Of a DNA stretch of 64,000 nucleotides, positions 1 through 9,470 are shown piece by piece. The notes under the pieces were generated by a model. The model ran no database searches, was not told where the DNA came from, and was given only the letters and a program-made list of their open reading frames with translations. The stretch spans positions 10,942-74,941 of the forward strand of contig JBBRSB010000017.1 in NCBI GenBank assembly GCA_038245785.1. Reading direction: 5' to 3'. The DNA comes from Gloeobacterales cyanobacterium. Its GTDB lineage: Bacteria; Cyanobacteriota; Cyanobacteriia; Gloeobacterales; PMM-0068. How positions within the stretch are numbered: the first letter of the stretch is position 1; each line of letters opens with the position of its first letter. The position numbers and the translations under genes are program-made.

Positions 1-2
1 TT

Positions 3-179
3 GGCGACAGTCCCAATGACCAAAGCCTATTTGCAGAGCCCTTTCCTCATAGTGTCGCCGTTGCCAACATCCATGAATACTGGGACCAACTAGATTTCCA
101 CCCAAAATATTTAGCGACCCAGCAGGAAGGGCATGGATTCATCGAACTTGCAGAGTGCATCCTCAAAGCAAAGCTCTAA
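3..179 (+). CDS. HAD-IIB family hydrolase, C-terminal fragment (5' end outside window)
   Basis: Frame is open from the window edge to TAA at 177-179. The tail GDSPNDQSLF...ANIHEYW carries the GDxxND motif typical of Cof/sucrose-phosphatase-type HAD hydrolases. Confidence 0.6.
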   Translation, partial: GDSPNDQSLFAEPFPHSVAVANIHEYWDQLDFHPKYLATQQEGHGFIELAECILKAKL

Positions 180-181
180 GA

Positions 182-580
182 CTAAGGTAGCTCTAAAGAC
201 TCAGGTTGGAGGGATAAAGAAACCTCTGTTGCCATACCAGCCAACGCCGTGGCACTGCTAGGCGTTGCAAAGGCTACGTGTAACCAAACGGGCACCGCCA
301 CCATAGACACGAAGGCTAAAGCGCCTAAGCCACTCCGTAATGCCTGTAGATAGTTTTGTCGCTGTGCTTGCTGAACAATACCATCCACGGTGAGCGCCAA
401 GCTTGGGGTGCCTTGATCCACCAGATGGTCAAAACCTTGGCTGATTGCTGCTAACTGCCGATATAGATCCCTGGCCTTCGGGTCTTGGCGCAAGTGTTCC
501 TCTAGGGCCTCTTTTTCCGCAGGAGATAAAGCACCATCAAGATAGGCGCTAATTTGCTCAAAGAGTGGGGTTTCCGACAT
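182..580 (-). CDS. anti-sigma factor (zf-HC2-like N-terminus, single TM)
   Basis: The N-terminus ISAYLDGALSPAEKEALEEHLRQDPKARDLYRQL is the classic anti-sigma N-terminal helix. There is one hydrophobic segment (GALAFVSMVAVPVWLHVAF). The gene lies directly downstream of an ECF sigma gene. Confidence 0.7.
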   Translation of the reverse strand: MSETPLFEQISAYLDGALSPAEKEALEEHLRQDPKARDLYRQLAAISQGFDHLVDQGTPSLALTVDGIVQQAQRQNYLQALRSGLGALAFVSMVAVPVWLHVAFATPSSATALAGMATEVSLSLQPESLELP

Positions 581-589
581 AGCAGCTCA

Positions 590-664
590 GAAGATATCGG
601 TTCAGTAGTTATCCCAAGCCATGATTCAGCTTCTGGCCCAGAACCGATGAGAGGACACAGGAAT
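590..664 (+). repeat. 75-nt copy of a czcA-internal coding segment, filling the sigma/anti-sigma spacer
   Basis: 63/75 nt identical to 39122-39196. Seven of the 12 substitutions are synonymous in the czcA reading frame (EDIGSVVI[S/P][G/S]HDSASGPEPM...). Confidence 0.85.
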
Positions 665-667
665 CAA

Positions 668-1321
668 TCAGCTAAGGAAAGGAGCAAGGTGGTCTTGGAG
701 ACGACGACGAGCACGGGCAATACGTGACTTGACGGTGCCGACAGAAATTTGTTGCATCTGCGCAATTTCTTCATAGGCCAGACCTTCAATTTCCCTGAGC
801 ACTATAGTACTGCGGAAAACCTCAGGCAAGTCACGAATACCTTCTTGTAGATGTTCGTAAAACTCCTGGGTAGCCAGTGTATCGGCTGGACCAGGCTCAT
901 GACCTTCTAAATCCCAATCCAAGGTTCCATCGGCCGTGTTGAGGGGAGCATCCAAAGAGAGCGGCTTTTGGTGGCGGCGACGGCGACGCAGCTCGTCATA
1001 GAAAAGGTTCGTCGTAATCCGGCTTAACCAGCTGCGGAACTTGGCTGGCTCTTGCAGACGGTGGACGTAGCGATAAACCCGGATCCAAACTTCTTGGGCC
1101 AAATCCAGACGGTCTTGCCAATCTGGGGCCAGATGATGCAATAGACGATCCACATGGGACTGGTGACGGCGCAAGAGTTCACCAAAGGCTAGACGGTCGG
1201 GCTGAAATCCCTGTTGGCACCGCGTTACTAGCTCTTGAATACTCAACTGGTCTAGGGGAGTGGTCGCAGTCTCGTAGTTTTTTGATTCAACCCATGTATT
1301 TAAAGGTAGGCTGTAGGACAT
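668..1321 (-). CDS. ECF (sigma-70 family) RNA polymerase sigma factor
   Basis: Region 2 motif DLAQEVWIRVYR. Region 4 HTH LREIEGLAYEEIAQMQQISVGTVKSRIARARRRL. Confidence 0.9.
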   Translation of the reverse strand: MSYSLPLNTWVESKNYETATTPLDQLSIQELVTRCQQGFQPDRLAFGELLRRHQSHVDRLLHHLAPDWQDRLDLAQEVWIRVYRYVHRLQEPAKFRSWLSRITTNLFYDELRRRRRHQKPLSLDAPLNTADGTLDWDLEGHEPGPADTLATQEFYEHLQEGIRDLPEVFRSTIVLREIEGLAYEEIAQMQQISVGTVKSRIARARRRLQDHLAPFLS

Positions 1322-1525
1322 AAGTTATTCCCTTCAGGGGACTCTACTTGCCCCCACTAAACAGCAGTACTTAAGGCATCGTAACGTGCCATCAGAGAGA
1401 TTATATGCACAGAAAACAAGTTTGCGCTTTCGCGTAGTTCGTATTAGCAACCACCGCAATTTTTTGCTTAAGAAACGATAGAAAAAGCATTAATTTATAC
1501 ATTTTTTTATGAGAAAAGTGTCACG

Positions 1526-3397
1526 TTGTTTGTTAAAACAATAGACACCACACCCTGTTCCGTCTGTAAGGAAAGAGCTTCCCCCGTGATATCTAAAGAA
1601 ATAAATGCTAGCGCTCGGCAGGCTATTGAAGAGCGGAGTAAGCGCAATAATCTGCGTCGGACCAAAATTGTGGCAACAGTAGGGCCTGCTACGGATGATC
1701 CGAAGGTGCTCAAAGAACTGATTCAAGCCGGAGCCACTACCCTCCGCCTCAATTTTTCTCATGGCGTTCATGAGGAACACCGCAAGCGTATCAGCCGGAT
1801 CAGGCAGATTTCTTTTGAACTCAATCAGCCTGTAGCCATTTTGCAAGACCTGCAGGGACCGAAAATTCGCTTAGGCAAGTTCAATACGCCCATAGACCTG
1901 AAAGTGGGTGACCCCTATATTTTGACCAGTCGAGAAGTGGAGTGTGGGCCGGAAGTCGGCTGGATTTCCTACGATCGTCTGGCCGAAGAAGTTCCGGTCG
2001 GTTCTGCGATTCTGCTGGACGACGGCAAGGTGGAGATGCGCGTAGAGTCGATAGACCTTGTGCATAAAAATCTGCATTGCGTAACCGTCTGCCCTGGCAA
2101 GCTTTCAAGCAATAAAGGGGTTAATTTCCCCAATGTGTCGCTTTCGGTGCGGGCTCTGACCGATAAAGACCGAGAAGATCTGATTTTTGGACTCAATCAA
2201 GGGGTGGATTGGGTAGCCCTGAGCTTTGTGCGGGAAGCCAGCGATGTCTATGAACTCAAGGAACTGATTGCCCAGCAGAAAAAACGGGTCCCTGTCATTG
2301 TCAAAATTGAAAAGTTCGAAGCGATCCAGAATATTGACAGCATCCTTGCTGCTGCTGATGGTCTGATGGTCGCCCGTGGAGACTTAGGGGTCGAGATGCC
2401 CGCAGAAGAAGTTCCAATTTTGCAGAAGTTGCTGATTCGGATGGCGAACGGGGCGGGTAAGCCTGTGATTACCGCTACCCAGATGCTAGACAGCATGGTC
2501 AATAATCCAAGGCCGACGCGGGCAGAGGTTTCAGATGTAGCCAATGCCATCCTCGATGGGACCGATGCTGTCATGCTTTCCAATGAAACGGCTGTTGGTG
2601 CCTTCCCTGTCAATGCGGTGGAGACGATGGTTCGTATCGCTCTGCAAATTGAGCATAAACTGCCTCAACGCAGTCAAGTCACGCCTGGTCACTCGATTAC
2701 TGATGCCATTGCCAATGCCGTTGCTGGGGTCGCTGACCAGCTCAGTGCTGCAGCCATTGTCACCTTGACCAAGAGTGGAGCCACGGCCCGAAATGTAAGC
2801 AAGTTTAGACCCGCTAATTCTATTCTTGCTGTTACGCCGCTCACAGAAGTGGCCCGCCAACTACAACTCGTTTGGGGAGTGCGACCCTTGCTCGTTCTAG
2901 ATTTACCTTCCACCCGTCAAACCTTCCAGGCCGCTGTGTCCGTAGCCCTAGAAGAAGGTTTACTGCAGCAGGGCGATTTGGTCGTGATGACCGCAGGCAC
3001 TCTAACGGGCATCTCTGGCTCCACAGACCTTCTGAAAGTGGAAATTGTCACTACGATGCTGGGTCAGGGTACGCCCGTGGGTCGAGGGACCGTGAGTGGG
3101 CGTTCCCGCGTCTTCAAGGCTGGTTCTACGGTGGATGATGTTGCCAAAGGAGACATTCTAGTGGTGTCTCAGACCAATGCTGACTATATCGCAGCGATGC
3201 AAAATGCAGGCGGCATCATTGTGGAAGAGGATGGGTTCACATCCCATGCTGCGGTGGTGGGACTTCGCCTAGGGGTTCCTGTACTGCTTGGGGTCAGAGG
3301 CTGTACCCAGATTATTGCCGATGGCATTGTCATTACCCTGGATTCTCAGAGAGGGGTCGTTTACTCCGGTAGCACAGGAAAGGCAGGAGATTTCTAG
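1526..3397 (+). CDS. pyk: pyruvate kinase with C-terminal PEP-utilizer mobile domain
   Basis: Motifs RRTKIVATVGPA, LRLNFSHG, MVARGDLGVE and ATQMLDSM. The C-terminal GGIIVEEDGFTSHAAVVGLRLGVPVLLG is a PEP-utilizer swivel domain. The true start may be in-frame GTG 1586, preceded by GGAAAGAG, rather than TTG 1526. Confidence 0.95.
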   Translation: MFVKTIDTTPCSVCKERASPVISKEINASARQAIEERSKRNNLRRTKIVATVGPATDDPKVLKELIQAGATTLRLNFSHGVHEEHRKRISRIRQISFELNQPVAILQDLQGPKIRLGKFNTPIDLKVGDPYILTSREVECGPEVGWISYDRLAEEVPVGSAILLDDGKVEMRVESIDLVHKNLHCVTVCPGKLSSNKGVNFPNVSLSVRALTDKDREDLIFGLNQGVDWVALSFVREASDVYELKELIAQQKKRVPVIVKIEKFEAIQNIDSILAAADGLMVARGDLGVEMPAEEVPILQKLLIRMANGAGKPVITATQMLDSMVNNPRPTRAEVSDVANAILDGTDAVMLSNETAVGAFPVNAVETMVRIALQIEHKLPQRSQVTPGHSITDAIANAVAGVADQLSAAAIVTLTKSGATARNVSKFRPANSILAVTPLTEVARQLQLVWGVRPLLVLDLPSTRQTFQAAVSVALEEGLLQQGDLVVMTAGTLTGISGSTDLLKVEIVTTMLGQGTPVGRGTVSGRSRVFKAGSTVDDVAKGDILVVSQTNADYIAAMQNAGGIIVEEDGFTSHAAVVGLRLGVPVLLGVRGCTQIIADGIVITLDSQRGVVYSGSTGKAGDF

Positions 3398-3472
3398 AGG
3401 TTGGCCTATTCTCTGCACTTTGGTTGACGAAGTTGCATTTAATTCTTAGAATTGATTTAGTCAACTAATTGC

Positions 3473-4150
3473 TTGTTTTCCAAGCTGATAGAGGCTCAGA
3501 AAATGACTACTCCAATTTTAGAGAAGGCGCTTCGTGAGGCTCCCATTTCTGTGGTGGAAGCAGTAACCCGTGTCCTTGAAGAATCTCATCGGCAACCGAC
3601 TAAAGCTGCTTTCTTCGCCCGTAGTATCAATGCCCTAATGGAAGTCAGCGAGGGAACTTCTCTCGTGGATGTGATGGCTGCCCCCACAGACCCAGCGGTG
3701 TTGCTTGGAATTCTTGAACGTCCAGAGGTACTGAAGCAGCTTGCAGGGGTAGACCCCTTAATTCCAGCCCGCATTCGTGGAATCAGACTTAAGCAGGAAC
3801 TCCTCAGTATGGAAGGAGGCGTTGTTTCCAGTGAACAAGTGGCAAAGCTCCTCAATCTCACCCGTCAAGGGGTGGATAAGCGACGGGCCAGTGGCAAGCT
3901 AATTGGCATATCTATGGGTAGACGTGGTTACGCTTATCCCGTTTGGCAATTTCAGGATGGGCAGGTTCTGCCTGGGCTTGAGAATGTACTAAAAGCGATG
4001 AAAGAGCATGCCCCCTGGACTCAAGTGATGTTCATGCTCACAGGGGATCTCCGTCTCAAGGGGGAGACTCCTTTGGCACAGTTACGTCAGGGAGATATTG
4101 ATTCTGTAGTGCAGGCAGCGCGGTGCTATGGCGAACAAGGCGCAGCCTGA
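3473..4150 (+). CDS. Xre/MbcA/ParS-like antitoxin (HTH plus DUF2384-like C-terminus), extended N-terminus
   Basis: HTH-like SSEQVAKLLNLTRQGVDKRR and C-terminal ETPLAQLRQGDIDSVVQAARCYGEQG. It overlaps the downstream RES gene by 23 nt. The likely start is ATG 3503. Confidence 0.7.
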   Translation: MFSKLIEAQKMTTPILEKALREAPISVVEAVTRVLEESHRQPTKAAFFARSINALMEVSEGTSLVDVMAAPTDPAVLLGILERPEVLKQLAGVDPLIPARIRGIRLKQELLSMEGGVVSSEQVAKLLNLTRQGVDKRRASGKLIGISMGRRGYAYPVWQFQDGQVLPGLENVLKAMKEHAPWTQVMFMLTGDLRLKGETPLAQLRQGDIDSVVQAARCYGEQGAA

Positions 4151-4742
4151 CGAACCTTTGAATCCTCACCCAGAGCCACCAGAGAATCTGGCAGCGCAGG
4201 AACTGTCCATCAAGCAGTTGGACGGGCCGTGGTACCGCCTGCATTCGTCTTCGAGGCAAGCGTTGTACTTTGGATGTAGTGGAACCAATCGTTTCGATGC
4301 TCCTCAGCGGGAATATGGCATTCTCTACGTTGGAATAGATGAATATGGCCCGTTTATTGAGAGTTTTGGACGTGTGCATGGAAAGAGAGGAGTCGAACTC
4401 TCCTTGCTGAAAACTAAAAATCTTTCTCGAATTGAATCAGACAGAGCGCTCAACTTGGTGGATATGACAGGCAAGGGCTTGGTATTGCTGGGAGCCGATG
4501 CTCGGCTTGCTTCTGGAGACTACCGTGTAGCTCAACGGTGGGCACAAGCTTTATGGCAACATCCCAGTCAACCGGACGGATTAATCTATCACTCGCGCCA
4601 TGATGATGAACGGGTCTGCGGTGCCATCTTTGACCGAACTAGTAAGAATTTAAGTGAACATAACCTGGGCAGTCTTGCAGACCAACAAAATGCTCGATTA
4701 CTAGCGGCACTGCTCGACCACTATGAGTTTGCCTTGCTATAG
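4128..4742 (+). CDS. RES domain toxin (NAD+-targeting RES/MbcT family)
   Basis: R..E..S signature context: NRFDAPQREYGILYVG ... LIYHSRHDDERVCGAIFDR. It is translationally coupled to the upstream Xre-like gene. Confidence 0.85.
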   Translation: MANKAQPDEPLNPHPEPPENLAAQELSIKQLDGPWYRLHSSSRQALYFGCSGTNRFDAPQREYGILYVGIDEYGPFIESFGRVHGKRGVELSLLKTKNLSRIESDRALNLVDMTGKGLVLLGADARLASGDYRVAQRWAQALWQHPSQPDGLIYHSRHDDERVCGAIFDRTSKNLSEHNLGSLADQQNARLLAALLDHYEFALL

Positions 4743-4815
4743 CTTGCCGTAGCTCTCTGATACAATTAAGGTCATACGTTCACATCTCCGTGATGCGTAG
4801 CCTGTTCTCTAATCC

Positions 4816-7800
4816 ATGACTGAACATAACTACAATTGGAAACGCTTCTTTTGTCCACGTGAAGGTCGTCTCGACCTATTATCTGACGGAGGTTATCTTG
4901 TTGACCCAGAGGCAGACTGGGCGAAGTACCTTAGCCAGGATCTGAAAGAATTCAGCGCCATAATCGATGCTCCCTGCCTAATACTGCTCGGCGAACGTGG
5001 CATAGGGAAATCTCGATTTCTCAAAGCCCAAAAAAACAGTATTGATCAACGGGTTAAGGAAAGAGGAGGAACGCTTTTATGGCTAAACCTCAATTCATTT
5101 AGTAGTGATAGCACTCTAATAGATGAGCTATTTAAGAGCCGCGAATTCATCGATTGGACGACAGGATCTCATGAACTTCACCTCTGGCTGGATAGCTTTG
5201 ATGAGTGCCAATTACACATCAAAACTTTAGAGGGTCTGCTCATCCGTAAACTCGAGCCTCATACTGAAAAAATAGAGCGGTTATTCCTCCGTATTGCCTG
5301 TCGCACAGCTGGATGGCCCAAAAGTTTGGAACAGGAATTAAATCAATTATGGAAAGACAAAGCACTGAGAGTCTATGAATTAGCCCCTTTGCGCCGTATC
5401 GATGTGAGAGAAGCAGCAACTAAAAATAATTTAGTTCCAGAGGAGTTCTTCGTTGAAGTTAGGCGTACCCAAACTACACCTTTTGCTATAAAGCCTGTCA
5501 CTCTAGACTTTCTTATCGATCTCTACAAACAGAATCAGCATCTGCCACAGACCCAATCCGAATTGTACTTACAGGGATGTCAACTTCTATGTAAAGAGAG
5601 TCGCAACTTAGAATTAATGAGAAAGCTCACATTTCAAAAACGTATGGCTATAGCCTCACGTATTGCGGCACTTACCCTTTTCACTAACCGATCTGCAATC
5701 TGGACAGAAACAGAGCAAGGAAATATGCCTGATGGGGACATAACTATCGAGCAAATGTGTGGAGGTCAGGATAGTGCAGACATGAATGGACTCCCCAAAG
5801 AATTTGAGGTAGAGCGACCTGAGATTGAGGAAACTCTCGCTACAGGATTATTTTCAGCCCGTGGAGTAGGGCGCATAGGTTGGGCACACCAAAGCTATGC
5901 AGATTACCTCGCTGCAAAGTACCTCAAAGACCGCAAGCTAGAACTCCCCCAAATGATGTCTCTCATAACTCATCCAGATGATCCAGAGAAGCATTTAGTC
6001 CCACAACTTTATGAAGCCGCTGCTTGGCTTGGCACGATGGACTCAGGAGTATTTCAGGAAATCATGAGAACAGATCCTGATGTTTTACTCCTTAGTGATG
6101 TGGCATCAGTAGATGAAGCAAACCGTGCCGCTCTTGTAGAAGAGTTGTTGAAGTTAATTAATGAGGGGAAGATAAATACGTGGAGCTATAGGCAGTATTC
6201 AAAGTTAAAACACTCAAACATTGAACAGCAATTGCGCCTTTATCTGCGAGACAAGAGTAAAACGACTGATGCCCATAAAGTTGCGATCGAAATAGCAGAA
6301 TCCTGTAATGTTCGATTACTTCAACAATATTTAGTAGACATTGCATTAGAGACTACTGAGTCTATCGAAGTACGGGAGAACGCAGCTCGAGCAGTTAGTT
6401 CCATTGGAGATGAGCATACAAAAAAACTCTTGAAACCTCTGGCGACTGGTGATGCAGGAGAAGATCCACGTGATCAACTAAAGGGCTATGGGCTGAAAGC
6501 AATATGGCCCGAAGGCATAAGCGCCCAAGAGTTATTTACTTTACTTACACCACCTAAGCAAAATAACTATTTTGGAGCTTACAATAAATTTATTTATGAT
6601 GATTTAGTAGACGGTCTTCAACCAAAAGACTTACCTATTGCTCTCAACTGGATAGAAAATGAACCTGAATGCGTACATGATGCCTTGCATCTATTTAGCG
6701 ATCTCGCAGATGCTATCTTGACCTTAGCTTGGAAGCATCTACTAGCTGTTCATGATGTGTTGACAGGTTTTGCTAAAGTTGCACTAAAGCGCCTAAAAAG
6801 TGATGGCTATATCATTCAGAAAAATGGGGATTCATCATTTTATACTGAGTTGTATAATGATGAGACTAAGCGACTTACTCTTGTCAAAGAACTAGTTTCA
6901 TTAGTCTCAAGATCTGAGCGGGATAATGATGCCAATTATTCTTCCTTAGTACACAGTAGTGATATTCCTTGGATGATTGAATGTCTCCAGGCATCAAATG
7001 ATAATAAGGAGGAAAAGGTCTGGACTAGGCTTCTAAAAAGAGCATGGCTTGATGAATCTGATAATCCTAAATATTGTGATGCCATTATTAATGCATCTGA
7101 AATTAATCAAACTCTCAGAGATTTTTTTACTCTGCCTGCAGTTGTCTTCGACTCAGCGCAAGCCCAACAGATGATAGATGAGTACCAGCTTTTTGAGGCA
7201 TACGAAGAACAAGATAGACAGAGGAAAGCACGACTTCATATAGGCCGAAATCCCTCACAGAAAGTTGAAGAATGCCTGAATGCATTCGAGTCAGGAGATA
7301 TGGATGCTTGGTGGCACTTAAATTGGTTTTTGACCTTTAGTTTAGAGAGTAAATCTTGTAGTGAAATAGAACCTGATCTAACTACATATCCAGGGTGGAT
7401 AGCATCTACTACTGCTACTCAGAGAAGGATTATAAATGCAGCCCAGCGTTACATTTTAGAAGGAGAGCCACAAATAAGTGAATGGTTAGGCAAAAACAAA
7501 ATCCATCGACCCGCTTATGCAGGGTACAGAGCATTACAGCTTCTCATAAAAGAGAATTTTACTTCTATTGAGGCTATCCCTGCTGAAGTGTGGGAGAAGT
7601 GGGCATCAATTATTCTTAAGTACCCTACTGCGGAAAATTCAGATGCTGAAAAATTTCAAAAAGAACTGTTCAAGAAAGCGTATCAGTATGCTCCCAATAA
7701 TATACTTTCAACCTTAAAAATTCTAATCGATGAGGAGATTCAGGAAGGACATGGTTATATTTTTATCATTAATAGAGTGAAATTCTGTTGGGATAAACAG

Positions 7801-9078
7801 ATTGCCCAATTGTTATTAACAAAAGCTCAGGAAGATAACTTAAAAATTTCCCATCTGAAGTGTCTACTTGAGGTGCTTCTTGAACAAAATGATTTGGATG
7901 CTATTTCCTTCGGGGAATCTCTTGTACAGTTTAAACAACAAAAAGCTGGTCACCGAAAACGCAGACGAGGCTCTTTTCAAAAAGCAGTTATTGCATCACG
8001 TCTTCTAATAAGCCATTCATCTAAGATGCATTGGGAGACTATTTGGTCTGCTATCAGACAGGACATTTATCTAGGCAGAAAAATTGCTGAAGCTGTAGCG
8101 TCTTACTGTGATATGAATGGTTTTGCTAGTAATAGTCTTTGCTTCCAAGAAGAACAGAGTGCTGACTTGTATATCTGGCTTGGTCACCAATATCCTTACT
8201 TACAAGATCCTCAACGTGATAATGGAGTTTATACTCCTGGAGTAAGAGACTATATTACCCAATTGAAATACTCTTTACTTAACCAGCTAAAAGAGCGTGG
8301 CACAGTCCAAGCCATCGAGCAAATGCAGAGAATTATGCTGGAATTTACTGATCTTGATTGGCTAAAGTTGACTTTGAAGGAAACTAAGTACAAGACTTAT
8401 CAAAACATCTGGAGAGCACCTGAACCGCAAGATGTACTCAAGCTGACACAAGGCCAACACAAACGCTTGGTGCAAAACGGTGAACAACTTCTTGAAGTAT
8501 TGATTGAATCTCTGAAAAGGTTAGAACAGGAACTGCAGGGTGAGACGCCGCAAGCAATTGATCTATGGAATGAGATTGACAAGAATATTTTCAGACCTAA
8601 AGATGAGAATAGATTCTCTGATTACGTGAAGAGACATCTTGAAAAAGACCTCAAGTCAGCGCAGATATTAGTTAATCGAGAGGTCGAATTTCGCCGTGGT
8701 ACTGGTGGACAACCTGGAGAACGACTTGATATTAAAGTAGATGTTTTTATTCCAGATAATAATGGAGAAAAAATTAAAATCACTGCCATCATCGAAGTAA
8801 AAGGTTGCTGGAATACTGGTCTCAATTCTGCCATGAGAGATCAACTTGCAGGCCGCTATCTCGAAGAAAGCCAGTGTTATCATGGGCTCTACTTAGTTGG
8901 ATGGTATTTTTGCCCTCAATGGGATGAGAATCATCAACCGAACAAAAATGCTCTCCGGCTTACTACGGAGTTCCGTGATATCGACAGCGCACAGAGCCAC
9001 TTCGACGAACAGGCAGCAGCTCTATCTTCAGATGGTAAGCAGGTCCGAGCCTTTGTCATAAACACTGCATTGCGATAG
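4816..9078 (+). CDS. 1420-aa STAND (NACHT-like) P-loop NTPase with HEAT/helical repeat body and C-terminal PD-(D/E)xK nuclease-like domain
   Basis: Walker A LILLGERGIGKS (nt 4990-5013). NACHT-style Walker B LWLDSFDE (nt 5182-5205). HEAT-like IEVRENAARAVSSIGDEHTKKLLKPL. C-terminal E...D...ExK pattern: NREVEF (about 8673), LDIKVD (8725-8742), IIEVKG (8788-8805). It is a single uninterrupted ORF in an AT-rich segment. Confidence 0.8.
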   Translation: MTEHNYNWKRFFCPREGRLDLLSDGGYLVDPEADWAKYLSQDLKEFSAIIDAPCLILLGERGIGKSRFLKAQKNSIDQRVKERGGTLLWLNLNSFSSDSTLIDELFKSREFIDWTTGSHELHLWLDSFDECQLHIKTLEGLLIRKLEPHTEKIERLFLRIACRTAGWPKSLEQELNQLWKDKALRVYELAPLRRIDVREAATKNNLVPEEFFVEVRRTQTTPFAIKPVTLDFLIDLYKQNQHLPQTQSELYLQGCQLLCKESRNLELMRKLTFQKRMAIASRIAALTLFTNRSAIWTETEQGNMPDGDITIEQMCGGQDSADMNGLPKEFEVERPEIEETLATGLFSARGVGRIGWAHQSYADYLAAKYLKDRKLELPQMMSLITHPDDPEKHLVPQLYEAAAWLGTMDSGVFQEIMRTDPDVLLLSDVASVDEANRAALVEELLKLINEGKINTWSYRQYSKLKHSNIEQQLRLYLRDKSKTTDAHKVAIEIAESCNVRLLQQYLVDIALETTESIEVRENAARAVSSIGDEHTKKLLKPLATGDAGEDPRDQLKGYGLKAIWPEGISAQELFTLLTPPKQNNYFGAYNKFIYDDLVDGLQPKDLPIALNWIENEPECVHDALHLFSDLADAILTLAWKHLLAVHDVLTGFAKVALKRLKSDGYIIQKNGDSSFYTELYNDETKRLTLVKELVSLVSRSERDNDANYSSLVHSSDIPWMIECLQASNDNKEEKVWTRLLKRAWLDESDNPKYCDAIINASEINQTLRDFFTLPAVVFDSAQAQQMIDEYQLFEAYEEQDRQRKARLHIGRNPSQKVEECLNAFESGDMDAWWHLNWFLTFSLESKSCSEIEPDLTTYPGWIASTTATQRRIINAAQRYILEGEPQISEWLGKNKIHRPAYAGYRALQLLIKENFTSIEAIPAEVWEKWASIILKYPTAENSDAEKFQKELFKKAYQYAPNNILSTLKILIDEEIQEGHGYIFIINRVKFCWDKQIAQLLLTKAQEDNLKISHLKCLLEVLLEQNDLDAISFGESLVQFKQQKAGHRKRRRGSFQKAVIASRLLISHSSKMHWETIWSAIRQDIYLGRKIAEAVASYCDMNGFASNSLCFQEEQSADLYIWLGHQYPYLQDPQRDNGVYTPGVRDYITQLKYSLLNQLKERGTVQAIEQMQRIMLEFTDLDWLKLTLKETKYKTYQNIWRAPEPQDVLKLTQGQHKRLVQNGEQLLEVLIESLKRLEQELQGETPQAIDLWNEIDKNIFRPKDENRFSDYVKRHLEKDLKSAQILVNREVEFRRGTGGQPGERLDIKVDVFIPDNNGEKIKITAIIEVKGCWNTGLNSAMRDQLAGRYLEESQCYHGLYLVGWYFCPQWDENHQPNKNALRLTTEFRDIDSAQSHFDEQAAALSSDGKQVRAFVINTALR

Positions 9079-9084
9079 AAACTC

Positions 9085-9150
9085 ACAGAAAGATCTGTTT
9101 GCGAATGCTAGACCAACCTCATTAGGCCGCTATTAAAACCATACTGATCA
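9085..9150 (+). repeat. 66-nt direct repeat, copy 1 (non-coding, just after the STAND stop)
   Basis: 56/66 nt identical to 10364-10429 at a constant offset of 1279 nt. In one frame it reads QKDLFANARPTSLGRY-stop. Confidence 0.85.
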
Positions 9151-9470
9151 GCCAAAGCAATTGCCACGGCCAATATTTCGGCAATCCCAGGGGCCAGCGC
9201 AGACAATCGACGACTGGAGAAAGGGATAAGGCTTCCGCTAGATAACGGCTCACACCGAAGTCTCAGGAACCATGCAGCGGGGAGTGTCATCATACCGAGA
9301 GTAATAAGTAAGTCTCTACATCTAAAAAATAGCCTATGCAACCGAAAGATTCTCCCTTGTAGTAAAGAGGCCTCCTCTTTACAATTTTCCTATGAGAAAT
9401 CTGCTTAAGCATAGAACCATTCTGTGATGGACAAGAGCCTCTAGAAAACTTCAGTCAAAATTATAAAAAA

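Noticed and set aside
9108-9341. 77-aa minus-strand ORF between the STAND and hydrolase genes
   Set aside because: It has no recognisable motif, and its C-terminus is formed by the repeat copy 9085-9150. It is more likely non-coding spacer, although a small accessory gene cannot be fully excluded.
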